A DNA stretch of 64,000 nt from an uncultured delta proteobacterium (GCA_963769935.1 CAVYNY010000020.1:352001-416000); one strand, 5' to 3'. Counted from the stretch's first letter, positions 18,304 to 27,585 are shown. The notes: generated by a model not told the origin, from the sequence alone. Numbers and translations are program-made.

Positions 18304-19191
18304 TCAAATCAGTCCCGCTGCAGCCATGATATCCGGCACTTTGTCTTCTTTGCCGATGGCCATGATGTGAACGCCGTCGCACATCCTTTCTTCATGGATG
18401 CGCTTGATCATGCGGCCGGCGATCTCGATGCCCTTGGCCAGGGCCTGACCCTTGGGAGCGGCGGCCATCTCGTCGATCAAATCCTGGGGCACAAAGACCC
18501 CGGCGATATTTTTGTTCATAAAACGCGCCATGGGGGCGGAGGTCAGCAGAATGATGCCGGCCAGGATTTTCACCTTGAACTGGCGGGCGTAGTCCATGAA
18601 TTCCTTGAATTTGTCCAGGTCATATACGGCCTGGGTCTGGATGAATTCAGCGCCGGCCTCGATCTTTTTTTCAAACTTGATCAGCTGCGGTTCCAGGGGA
18701 TCGGCCTCGGGTGTGACAATAGCGCCGGCACAAAATGACACGCCCCCGTCCAGATCGTTTCCGCCGAGGTCCTTGCCCTTTTCCAACAGCCGGACGGTTG
18801 CCAGCAGCTGACTGGAATCCAGATCAAAGACGCTTTTGGCCTGCTTGTGGTCGCCCAGCATGATGGAATCGCCCGTCAGGCACAGCACATTATGAATCCC
18901 CTTGTAGGAGGCGAACAACAGATCCGCCTGCAGTGCCAGGCGGTTGCGATCGCGGCAGGTCATCTGCAAAATAACTTCACCGCCCAGTTCCTTGACCAGC
19001 AGGCAGCCGCCCAGAGAAGGAAACCGCATGACCGAGCTTTGGTGATCGGTCACGTTCATGGCGTCCACCTTGTCTTTTAAAAGCTCGACATGCTGCTTGA
19101 ATTTGTCGAGGTTGGTCCCCTTGGGCGGGGCGACTTCACTGGTAACCACAAATTTGCCGGACGCTAAGGCTTCTTTGAATGGAGTCGGCAT
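18304..19191 (-). CDS. metF: 5,10-methylenetetrahydrofolate reductase, catalytic subunit
   Basis: VTSEVAPPKG, NVTD, QMTCRDRNRLALQ, LCLTGD, KKIEAGAEFIQTQAVYD, GVHIMA. Confidence 0.93.
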   Translation of the reverse strand: MPTPFKEALASGKFVVTSEVAPPKGTNLDKFKQHVELLKDKVDAMNVTDHQSSVMRFPSLGGCLLVKELGGEVILQMTCRDRNRLALQADLLFASYKGIHNVLCLTGDSIMLGDHKQAKSVFDLDSSQLLATVRLLEKGKDLGGNDLDGGVSFCAGAIVTPEADPLEPQLIKFEKKIEAGAEFIQTQAVYDLDKFKEFMDYARQFKVKILAGIILLTSAPMARFMNKNIAGVFVPQDLIDEMAAAPKGQALAKGIEIAGRMIKRIHEERMCDGVHIMAIGKEDKVPDIMAAAGLI

Positions 19192-19265
19192 CTTTATTTC
19201 CCTCTTCATATTTTAGAGTTAATCACTGCAGTACATTTTGAATGGATTTTATCTATTTTTAGTTT

Positions 19266-19308
19266 TCACCGCCCGCTTCGCTCGAGCCGCAGAGAACGCA
19301 GAGAAAAT
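19266..19308. repeat. Short repeat relic (CGCAGAGAA 9-mer family)
   Basis: CACCGCCCGCTTCGCTCGAGCCGCAGAGAACGCAGAGAAAATTATAATT; similar to 51767-51811. Confidence 0.5.
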
Positions 19309-19382
19309 TATAATTTTGTTTTCCATTGAGAGGACGGAAAACAAACTACTTCAATCCCGCGGGTAGAACTAAAGCCAAGTGT

Positions 19383-20036
19383 TTAATTTGATTCCAACTT
19401 CAGTTTCCCCGGTTTGGGCTCGCCCAGGTGGTTACGGGGTTTCTGGTATTTTTTCATGGAGTCCAGCCGCCCCAGTTCGGTGAGGCGGTTGTAAATCAGG
19501 GTCCAGACGCAGTCCTTGTTGACATCGATCTCGCATTTGCCGTGGTTGGTTCCGCCGCAGGGGCCGTTGACCAGACCCTTGTGGCAGTTGGTGACCGGGC
19601 AGATGCCGCCGGTCTCGCCGATGATGCAGGAGCCGCACTGGGTGCAGATTTCATCAAATGTTCCGAAGGCGGTTTCCTTGCCGATGAACATGGTATTGAC
19701 GGCCGGCACGACCATTTTCTTCAATTGCCGGGCAATAGTCTGAACCCCGAAGGCACAGCTGGTAATCAGCAGGGCATCGGACTGTTTGATCTGCTCGCCG
19801 TATTCGCCCAGAAATTCTCGGGTTAAATTGTCACAGGCGACCGGAACCACCGTGGTGCCGGTAATCAGTTTGCCTTTCTCAGAAAGATCTTTCTTCAGAG
19901 CCCTGACCTCGGGCTCACCGCCGGTGCGGGTCAGGGTTGTGCAAGTCCCGCAGCCGATGATGAAGAGGCGGTTTAATCCTTTCAGAAGCCGCTCCAGCTC
20001 TTCTTCCGATTTTTTTTGCGTGATGGATCGAATCAT
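19383..20036 (-). CDS. metV: Methylene-THF reductase small Fe-S/Zn subunit (MetV)
   Basis: IIGCGTC...TGG, SCAFGVQ, CTQCGSC...GICPVTNCHKGLVNGPCGG...CE...CVW; directly upstream of metF. Confidence 0.88.
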   Translation of the reverse strand: MIRSITQKKSEEELERLLKGLNRLFIIGCGTCTTLTRTGGEPEVRALKKDLSEKGKLITGTTVVPVACDNLTREFLGEYGEQIKQSDALLITSCAFGVQTIARQLKKMVVPAVNTMFIGKETAFGTFDEICTQCGSCIIGETGGICPVTNCHKGLVNGPCGGTNHGKCEIDVNKDCVWTLIYNRLTELGRLDSMKKYQKPRNHLGEPKPGKLKLESN

Positions 20037-23000
20037 ACCCCATTCTCCTCTTTTTCCAGATCACAGCGGAGGCAGCGTTTGGCCTCGCGGCGGCCCTCCT
20101 CCTCGGTGAATCCTTTTTCAACTTCCCGAAAATCCTTAATGCGTTGCCCGGCATCCTCGAGTCCGACTTCGACCCGGGGTTGGTCCTCGGTGCTTTCTTC
20201 ATCCAGCGCCAGGCCCGCGGCTGTGTGACGGTGAGACTTTTCGTCCGGGATATAGACCGGGCTGTCGTCGCCGGTCAGGAATTTGTTAATGGCAATGGCC
20301 GCACGCCTGCCCGAAGAAATGGCCCGGATTACAAAAGTGGGGCCGGTGGTAAAATCCCCGCCGGCAAAGACCCCCGGTACATTGGTGGCGAGCGTATTGG
20401 TGTCGACCACCAGGGTTCCCCACAGGGCGCGCTCAAGTTTGCTGTCGGCATCCAGGAAGGACATATCGGCTGCCTGGCCGATGGATATAATGACATTGTC
20501 GGCATCTATGAACCGGGTGTCCTCGAGATCGCAGGTGGGATTGAAGCAGCCCTTGTCATCAAATACGCAGATGCAGTGAGTGAATTCAATTCCGGTAACA
20601 TGCCCGTCCTGGTGGGTGATTCTGCTCGGTGACGCCTCGGTGTTGATGACAATGCCTTCGTCGATGGCTTCGTCGATGTCCTGTTCCCAGGCCGGCATCT
20701 CGTCCCTGGGTTCCAGGCAGAATATCTGCACGTCCCGGGCACCGGATCTCAGCGCGGTGCGGGCCACATCCACCGCCACGTTGCCCCCGCCGATGACCAC
20801 CGTACTGCCGCTGAGCGGGACTTTGCGGCCTGCGCGGACCTTGCTTAAAAAATCCAGGCCGTAGTAAAGACCTGCGAGATCTTCTTCTTCGCCGGGGATG
20901 CCCATGCGCTTGCTGGCCTGGGCACCGGCGGCAATAAACACCGCGCTGTAGCCTTCGTTCAGCAGGTCATTGAATGTGTGTTTGGCATCAATCGGTGAGT
21001 TGTAGCGGATTTCCACCCCGCAGTTTTCAATGTATTGAATCTCCTCCTCGATTACCTTGCGCGGCAGACGAAACTCGGGTACGGCTATGCCGAGCATGCC
21101 GCCCGCCACCGATTGGGCTTCGTAGACCGTGGTCTGATATCCCATTTTGGCGAGATAATAGGCACAGGTCAGCCCGGCCGGACCGCCTCCGACGATGGCG
21201 ACTTTTTCCTTGCGGGTCACCGGAAAAGGGTCTCGCTGCGGACCGATGTTTTTAAAATACCAGTCCGAAGCCAGTCGTTTGAGCGCGCGGATGGCCACCG
21301 GCTGGTCGAGCTCTCCGCGCCGGCACTTATATTCGCAGGGGTGAATGCAGATACGGCCGCAGACAGCCGGAAACGGATTGCGCTCGCGGATGATTTCAAC
21401 GGATCTTTCATAATCGCCTTCAGCAACGGCAGCCACGTAATTGGGTACGTCGATGCCGGCCGGGCAGGCATGCTGGCAGGCAGATATGACCATGGAGTCG
21501 CAGACCGCCCCCGCACAGCGATGCTCCCGGATGTGGTCCTCGTATTCTTTGAGAAAATATCGCAGGGTGGACAGGGCCGGCTTGGAGCAGGCCTGCCCGA
21601 GGCCGCACAGCGACGCCTCGGTCAGCGTTTCCCCCAGCTCCCGGATGGTATCGATGTCCTGCAAACGACCCTGGCCGCGCGTGATGCGCGTCAGGATCTC
21701 CAGCAGCTGGGTGGTGCCCAGACGGCAGGGCGCGCATTTGCCGCAGGATTCCGACTGGGTAAAACTCAGGAAATAGCGCGCGATTTCCACCATGCAGTTA
21801 TTTTCATCCATGACCACCATGCCGCCCGATCCCATGATGGCGCCCACTCGTTGGAGGGTGTCGTAGTCGATTTCCAGGTTCAAAAACTGAGCCGGCACAC
21901 ATCCCCCGGCGGGTCCGCCCATCTGGACGGCTTTAAAGGCCCGGCCTTTAGGGATGCCGCCGCCGATGTTGTAAATCACTTCTTTGACGGTAGATCCGAT
22001 GGGCACTTCCACCAGGCCGGTATTGTTGACTTTGCCGGCCAGAGAAAAAATTTTGGTGCCTTTGCTGTCGGCGGTGCCGACCTCGCCGTACCAGTCGGCG
22101 CCGTTTTTGATGATCAGCGGGACATTGGCCCAGGTCTCCACATTGTTGATATTGGTGGGCTTGCCGTCGATGCCCGCCTGAGCGGGAAAAGGCGGTCGGG
22201 CGCGCGGCATGCCGCGCTGCCCCTCAATGGATGCCATCAAGGCCGTTTCTTCGCCGCATACAAAGGCTCCGGCACCCAGCCGCAGCGAGAGAGCGAAGTT
22301 AAAACCGGTGCCGAGTATGTTTTCTCCCAGCAGACCCAGTTCATTGGCCTGATCTATGGCAAGCGTCAGGTGCTCGACGGCGATGGGATATTCCTCCCGG
22401 ACATAGATGTAACCGTATTCGCTGCCCATGGCATAAGCGCCCAGCAGCATCCCTTCCAGAACGGCATGCGGATCGCCTTCCAAAATGGCGCGGTCCATAA
22501 AGGCCCCCGGATCACCTTCGTCGGCGTTGCACACCACATACTTTGGCCGTCCCGCGGCCTGCCGGGCAAATTTCCATTTGAGGCCGGTGGGAAATCCGGC
22601 GCCGCCGCGGCCCCGCAGTTTGGCCGTCTGCACCTCATCGATGACCTTCTCCGGCTTCATTTTGGAAAGCGCCTTGACCAGCGCCTGATAGCCGCCGGCG
22701 GCAATGTAGTGCTCGATTTTGGTGGGATCGATCCGGCCGCAGTTTGCCAGAACCCGGCGCACCTGTTTGGCGTAAAACGGTATCTGGTCGCGGTAAAAAA
22801 TCGGCTGAAAGGTTTTGGGCGCGCGGTAGGCCAGCCGGTCGATCAGCCGGTTGTTTTTAAGGGTCTGGCCGACAATGTCGACGGCGTCATCGGGCTCGAC
22901 CTCCTGATACTGAACCCCGATGGGTTCGATGGCAACGACCGGCGCCTTGGCGCAGAAGCCGTGGCAGCCGGTGGCACGAACCTCAACCTGCCGCGTGAGG

Positions 23001-23164
23001 CCCTGATGCTTGACTTCGTCGTTCAGCGCTTCCAGAACGCCGGCGGCACCGTAGGCGCGGCAACCGGTCATGCACACGTGCACTTCGATGATGCCGTCTT
23101 CTCTGCGGGATAGGATCTTGTTGCGGAGCCGCTCCAGCTGACCGATGGATGAAAGTTTTTCCAT
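20033..23164 (-). CDS. NuoF/HydB-like FMN/NADH subunit fused to a GltD/NfnB-like FAD Fe-S oxidoreductase
   Basis: Thioredoxin-like 2Fe-2S (CMTGC..GCHGFC), LRGRGGAGFPTG, CNADEGDPGAFMDR, FVCGEETAL, ESCGKCAPCR; then CQHACPAG, CGRICIHPCEYKC, VAIVGGGPAG, VIGGGNVA, FAGGD, RCLRC. Confidence 0.92.
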   Translation of the reverse strand: MEKLSSIGQLERLRNKILSRREDGIIEVHVCMTGCRAYGAAGVLEALNDEVKHQGLTRQVEVRATGCHGFCAKAPVVAIEPIGVQYQEVEPDDAVDIVGQTLKNNRLIDRLAYRAPKTFQPIFYRDQIPFYAKQVRRVLANCGRIDPTKIEHYIAAGGYQALVKALSKMKPEKVIDEVQTAKLRGRGGAGFPTGLKWKFARQAAGRPKYVVCNADEGDPGAFMDRAILEGDPHAVLEGMLLGAYAMGSEYGYIYVREEYPIAVEHLTLAIDQANELGLLGENILGTGFNFALSLRLGAGAFVCGEETALMASIEGQRGMPRARPPFPAQAGIDGKPTNINNVETWANVPLIIKNGADWYGEVGTADSKGTKIFSLAGKVNNTGLVEVPIGSTVKEVIYNIGGGIPKGRAFKAVQMGGPAGGCVPAQFLNLEIDYDTLQRVGAIMGSGGMVVMDENNCMVEIARYFLSFTQSESCGKCAPCRLGTTQLLEILTRITRGQGRLQDIDTIRELGETLTEASLCGLGQACSKPALSTLRYFLKEYEDHIREHRCAGAVCDSMVISACQHACPAGIDVPNYVAAVAEGDYERSVEIIRERNPFPAVCGRICIHPCEYKCRRGELDQPVAIRALKRLASDWYFKNIGPQRDPFPVTRKEKVAIVGGGPAGLTCAYYLAKMGYQTTVYEAQSVAGGMLGIAVPEFRLPRKVIEEEIQYIENCGVEIRYNSPIDAKHTFNDLLNEGYSAVFIAAGAQASKRMGIPGEEEDLAGLYYGLDFLSKVRAGRKVPLSGSTVVIGGGNVAVDVARTALRSGARDVQIFCLEPRDEMPAWEQDIDEAIDEGIVINTEASPSRITHQDGHVTGIEFTHCICVFDDKGCFNPTCDLEDTRFIDADNVIISIGQAADMSFLDADSKLERALWGTLVVDTNTLATNVPGVFAGGDFTTGPTFVIRAISSGRRAAIAINKFLTGDDSPVYIPDEKSHRHTAAGLALDEESTEDQPRVEVGLEDAGQRIKDFREVEKGFTEEEGRREAKRCLRCDLEKEENGV

Positions 23165-23188
23165 TATCTTCTATTTTCTCCCTAAGTA

Positions 23189-23662
23189 TCACTTTTTCTG
23201 ATATTCACCCAAAATACTGGTCACCTTGGTCGGGGAAAGTCGGCCGAAATAATCCCGATTGATCATCATGGTCGGCGCCAGAAAGCATGCTCCCAGGCAG
23301 GCGACGGTTTCCAGGGTAAACTGATAATCCGGGCTGGTTTCACCCTCTTTGAGTTTCAGTTCTTTTTGCATCAGCCTGAGTATGCTGCGGCCGCCTTTAA
23401 CATGGCAGGCGGTACCGCGGCACACCCGGCACACATATTTGCCCTTGGGTTTCAATGAGAAGCCGGAGTAAAAGGTAACAACCCCCTGGACCTGGGAAGG
23501 GAACAGATTCAGCGCCGCCGCAATCGGTTCGATCGTCTCCGGTGGGACATAGCCGTAAATCACCTGCACCTCCTGGAGCAGGGGGATGAGGCCCCATTTC
23601 CGGTTTTTGTGTTTGTCGAGGATCGCGTCGAGTTTGCCAAGATCGATTGGGGGTGGTTGCAT
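23189..23662 (-). CDS. NuoE/HydC-like 2Fe-2S subunit
   Basis: LIPLLQEVQ..YGYVP, VVTFYSGF, VCRGTACHVKG, TVACLGAC. Confidence 0.93.
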   Translation of the reverse strand: MQPPPIDLGKLDAILDKHKNRKWGLIPLLQEVQVIYGYVPPETIEPIAAALNLFPSQVQGVVTFYSGFSLKPKGKYVCRVCRGTACHVKGGRSILRLMQKELKLKEGETSPDYQFTLETVACLGACFLAPTMMINRDYFGRLSPTKVTSILGEYQKK

Positions 23663-23731
23663 GGATGTTTCCTCATTGATCGTAATTTAGTGCCTAAAAT
23701 TTATCCGGGCATTGTCAGGCTATCAGCATTC

Positions 23732-23883
23732 TAGCTTATAGTTCGTAGTTGATAGTTGATAGTTAAATGATTTCTGTCTTTTTTTATAGGTAATGGCTGA
23801 TGGCCGATCGTCGGATGATTTCTTCCTATTTTCTTTGCCAAATAGCTATGTACTACAAACTATCAACTAAGTACTATCAACTA
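23732..23883. repeat. Inverted heptamer element (TAGTTGA)n ... (TCAACTA)n
   Basis: Left arm TAGCTTA TAGTTCG TAGTTGA TAGTTGA TAGTTAA; right arm TGTACTA CAAACTA TCAACTA AGTACTA TCAACTA, whose last CTA is the stop codon of the upstream minus-strand gene. Confidence 0.85.
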
Positions 23884-26547
23884 AAGCTTCTTTTCTATTC
23901 TGACGTGGCATGTCTTCCAGCCCGCTGCCCCGGGTTTTGTCAAATCGGACAGCTCGAAGAGATTCATGGCCTCATTATCGTTGACTCCTGTGGGGATAAA
24001 AATGCTGTCTGCGTTCAAGCCGGGCTTTATTTGGACCGCCCGGGTTACGGTACCGAACCGGGAGCGGACAACCACGGTATCGCCGTTTTGCAGCTCGAGG
24101 TCGGCGGCATCCTGCGAAGAAATTTCTATGTCACCGACGGATGCAAATCCCTGAATCCGCTCGGATGCCCCGGTTCTTGTTCCGCTTCCCAGGTGATATC
24201 TCCGGGTTCCGACAATCGCTGTAAACGGATACTCCCGGTCGGCCGATTCATCTTCATTGAAAACGACCGGATAAAAAGAGATTAATCCATCGGCACCCTC
24301 GGTTTCGAAAAGAGTTTTAGTGCCCGTAATTTTAATCCAGGCTTCCGGACGTCCGTCGAGCGACGCATACATGGGTAGGAGTTGCCGAATTTCTCCTCTT
24401 ATTTTATCGGGAGAACCATAGGGCTCCCTTGCACCAAGCCGGCTTGCCAACTGATCCAGGATCTCCCAATCGGCTTTGGCTTTGCCGGGAGGCCGCACCA
24501 CCGGATTAAACGCTTGAATTCTTCCTTCCAAATTGGTAACCGACCCCTGCTTTTCGCTTAAGGCGGCACCGGCCAGGACGGCGTCCGCTATTTTGGCAGT
24601 TTCGCTGTTAATAATATCCTGTACCACCAGAAAATCTAAATTTTGAAGCGCTTTGCGCGCCCGATCACTTTCCGGCAGTGCCCGCAGCGGGTTTTCGCCC
24701 ATAATGTAAAGGGCTTTCAGGGTTCCCTTTTCTGCCGCTTCAATCATGCGGACCATGTTAAGACCGACATCCGGCGATAGTCTGGTCCCCCAGTTTTTCT
24801 CCCACTTTTTCCGGACGGCCTGATCGGTCTGGGGCTGTCGACCCGGCAACAGGTCCGGCTGCGCCCCCATGTCCATGGCGCCCTGCTGATTGTTTTCCTT
24901 GGCAATTACATATATGCCGGCTCCTTTACGGCCGAGGCTTCCGGTCAGCAAGGTCAGGTTGAGGACTGCTCCCAGGGTGTGCATTCCGTGTTTCTGCTGC
25001 AGGATGCCGTGTCCGATGACGACCGCTATTCTTTTGCCTTTTATCAGCTCAGCGGCGGCCTCGATGACATCTTTTGCCAGACGCGTCCTGCGGCTGATCT
25101 GGTCCAGGTCCAGCGATGACAGACCATAGCGGAACAGGCTGAACCCTTCGGTGTAGCGGTCGATGAAATCTGGATCATAAGCCTCTTTTGCATGCAGCAG
25201 CGCCGCCAGGCCGTTGATCAGTTCAAGATCGCTCTGGGGGTTGACGGGCAGCCACAGGCGCGAGAAACCGGTCAATTCCGTCCGGCGGGGATCCGCGACG
25301 ATCAAAGGCACGCCCTTTTTGGCCGCTCTTTTAAGATAATAGCCGACCACCGGTACCGAATGACTGGGGTCTGCGCCGAGAATTAAAATAACTTCGGCCT
25401 GGGCAAGATCGGCCAGGCGATTCAGGCGATATCCGCCGCCGGTCTTCTCCTCAAATACCTTCAAAAGAGATTGGCCGAATATATAGCCGCCGTTGTCTAT
25501 GTTGTTCGTGCCGATCAATACCCGGGCGATTTTTTGAAAAAGGTAATTTTCCTCATTGGTGCACTTGGAAGAGCCCAGAAACCCAATGCTCTGGGGACCG
25601 TTTTGGTGTTTGATTTCCATTAAACGGTTTGACACCAGCTCCAGCGTCTCGTCCCACGAAGCCGGCGCCAGCACCGCTGTGTTGCCGGCATTGCTTTTGC
25701 GCAGCAGCGGGCCGACGAGGCGTTCAGGCGAGTTTAAAAAATCGTGGGCAAAGTGACCCCGCACACACAGGGTCGCCCCATTGACGCTCTGCGGCTGGTG
25801 GGCCGGGTTTACTTCGATAACACGGTTGTCGGCAGCCCCAACAGCCAGGCGGCAGCCAACACCGCAAAACCCGCAGATTGAAATCTCTTCGGATGCGGGG
25901 CTTCCCACGAAGCGGGTATTTTTAATCGACAGCGCACCGGTCGGGCACATACTGACGCAGGTTCCGCAAAACGTGCAGATGGACTGCTCCAAACCCAACT
26001 CATGGACGGTGGCCGGCCGGGAGCCGAAGCCGCGCATATTATAATCAATGGCGCCGACCACCACCAGTTCGTGGTCGGCCCGGATGCATTTGCCGCACAG
26101 GATGCATTTGCTCAGATCCCTGATGATAAACGGGTTGGCCTGTTCGAGGGGCTTGAAATTGGGCATGTGGTAGAGGTTGGTTTCCCCGATCCCCAGATTG
26201 GCGGCTGCCTGGCGCAGTTGACAGCGGTTGCCCTTACTGCAGACGATGCAGGATTCTGGGTGCTCGGCGATCATCAGACGGACAATGTTGCGGCGATGTT
26301 TGACGATGCGCGGCGATGCTGTTTGCAGGACCATGTCCCGGGCGACGGGCGTGACGCAGGAGGCCATGAGACGTCCCGTTTTTTCATCTTCCACCAGACA
26401 CATCCGGCAGGCGCCGAATGGCTTGAGATCCGGATGATGGCAGAGCCTGGGAATTTTTATGCCGTTTTGTTCGGCGGCCTCCAAAATGCTTGATTGGGCA
26501 GAACAGATGATTTTCTTGCCGTCAATGGTCAAAGGAATGGTATCCAA
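23881..26547 (-). CDS. FdhA/NuoG-like Fe-S protein with molybdopterin-oxidoreductase fold (metal ligand apparently absent)
   Basis: 2Fe-2S (CHHP..GACRMC..SC), HxxxCxxCxxxxxC, CILCGKCIRAD, CTFCGTCVSMCP, CGFCGVGC..LCVRG; SSKCTNEENY..GTNNIDNGGYIF lacks the CAR(L/V)(C/U)H motif. Confidence 0.88.
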   Translation of the reverse strand: MDTIPLTIDGKKIICSAQSSILEAAEQNGIKIPRLCHHPDLKPFGACRMCLVEDEKTGRLMASCVTPVARDMVLQTASPRIVKHRRNIVRLMIAEHPESCIVCSKGNRCQLRQAAANLGIGETNLYHMPNFKPLEQANPFIIRDLSKCILCGKCIRADHELVVVGAIDYNMRGFGSRPATVHELGLEQSICTFCGTCVSMCPTGALSIKNTRFVGSPASEEISICGFCGVGCRLAVGAADNRVIEVNPAHQPQSVNGATLCVRGHFAHDFLNSPERLVGPLLRKSNAGNTAVLAPASWDETLELVSNRLMEIKHQNGPQSIGFLGSSKCTNEENYLFQKIARVLIGTNNIDNGGYIFGQSLLKVFEEKTGGGYRLNRLADLAQAEVILILGADPSHSVPVVGYYLKRAAKKGVPLIVADPRRTELTGFSRLWLPVNPQSDLELINGLAALLHAKEAYDPDFIDRYTEGFSLFRYGLSSLDLDQISRRTRLAKDVIEAAAELIKGKRIAVVIGHGILQQKHGMHTLGAVLNLTLLTGSLGRKGAGIYVIAKENNQQGAMDMGAQPDLLPGRQPQTDQAVRKKWEKNWGTRLSPDVGLNMVRMIEAAEKGTLKALYIMGENPLRALPESDRARKALQNLDFLVVQDIINSETAKIADAVLAGAALSEKQGSVTNLEGRIQAFNPVVRPPGKAKADWEILDQLASRLGAREPYGSPDKIRGEIRQLLPMYASLDGRPEAWIKITGTKTLFETEGADGLISFYPVVFNEDESADREYPFTAIVGTRRYHLGSGTRTGASERIQGFASVGDIEISSQDAADLELQNGDTVVVRSRFGTVTRAVQIKPGLNADSIFIPTGVNDNEAMNLFELSDLTKPGAAGWKTCHVRIEKKL

Positions 26548-26666
26548 GGGGAAAGCTCCTTTGCGCTGTGGGTTTCGCGAATTGATTTCAGAAAACCAAG
26601 CGGTTTAACGGTAAATTGCATAGCAACAACCAATGCAATGTAAAAGTCAGAGGATTTTCACATCAA

Positions 26667-27305
26667 TTAGTAAGAGGCTGCGGATGCCAGCGATCGCAAA
26701 ATAAAATAGCAGGAAGTGGCGCCGGCGTCCTGGTGACCGATGGTTCTTTCTCCCAAACGGCTGGCGCGGCCGATTCTGGCCAGCATACCCTTCGTAGAGG
26801 CCATGCCCAGGTAGGCCGTCGCTTCAAAATCCGCCAGGGCCTGCAGCAGCGGTTTGCCTTCTTTTTGGGCCGCTTCGATGGCCCTGACGGCCGGTGAAAG
26901 CGTATCGACCAGGGTTTTGTCGCCCGGACCGGCCTTGCCGATATCCAAAATGCCTTTTTCCCCTGCTTGAAGCATCGCCACCAGGTCATTTAACGTCACC
27001 TCTTTTTTGCCGGCGCTCTGCTGGGCCAGCTTGAGAAAAAATGTCCCGTATAGTGCGCCCATCGCACCGCCGACCGAATTCAGGACCACCATGCCCACAT
27101 CTTTGAGAAGCGTGCCGACATCTTCAGCCGAGCTTTCGGCCAGTTTTTTCTTTACCTGCCGGAAACACTTGGCCATATTGACCCCGTGGTCTCCGTCTCC
27201 GATGGCACCGTCCAACTCCGATAGGTACTCTTTTTCATTTTCGATGACAGCGCACATGTTTTCCAGGGCGCGTAGCATCTGGAGTGCCGTGATGGTATCG
27301 GTCAT
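26667..27305 (-). CDS. dhaL: Dihydroxyacetone-kinase family subunit L (Dak2)
   Basis: LDGAIGDGDHGVNM, VGGAMGALYG, GDKTLVD, GRASRLGERTIGHQDAGA. Confidence 0.93.
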   Translation of the reverse strand: MTDTITALQMLRALENMCAVIENEKEYLSELDGAIGDGDHGVNMAKCFRQVKKKLAESSAEDVGTLLKDVGMVVLNSVGGAMGALYGTFFLKLAQQSAGKKEVTLNDLVAMLQAGEKGILDIGKAGPGDKTLVDTLSPAVRAIEAAQKEGKPLLQALADFEATAYLGMASTKGMLARIGRASRLGERTIGHQDAGATSCYFILRSLASAASY

Positions 27306-27396
27306 CGCTGAAAATTCCTTTGTATTCTAATTAAATTAGGAATAAGTCATGTAGTCAAAGTACTCTTAAACAAGCGGGAAGCTCGATCAGCGTGTC

Positions 27397-27526
27397 TGTT
27401 GTTTGTTGCTTGTGGTTTGTTGTTAAAAGGTTTACCTCATGTTTGTATTTCATTCATTGAAGAGTTTTAAGATGCCGTTCGTCATTCCTGGTTTAATCCA
27501 CAGCTTACAACCTACAACTCACAACA
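27397..27526. repeat. Inverted heptamer element (TGTTGTT-like)n ... (nnnnACA)n
   Basis: TGTTGTT TGTTGCT TGTGGTT TGTTGTT ... ATCCACA GCTTACA ACCTACA ACTCACA, between dhaK and dhaL. Confidence 0.7.
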
Positions 27527-27585
27527 TGCATGGGGTGCTTAAGCTGAATTTGGGTATTATCTCATGATGCCCGCTTATTTCCCGG

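Noticed and set aside
21035..23113. 692-aa plus-strand ORF (and similar long antisense ORFs over dnaK, ftsH, pilT and mscS)
   Set aside because: Shadow ORFs opposite well-conserved genes with GC-rich third positions; no recognisable motifs.
23881..26547. Possible selenocysteine formate dehydrogenase
   Set aside because: The ORF is uninterrupted with no in-frame TGA, and the ligand position holds neither Cys nor Sec.
26614..26633. Possible sigma54 promoter (GG-N10-GC) upstream of the FDH-like gene
   Set aside because: Spacing fits, but the TGGCAC and TTGC context is poor, so it is not supportable.
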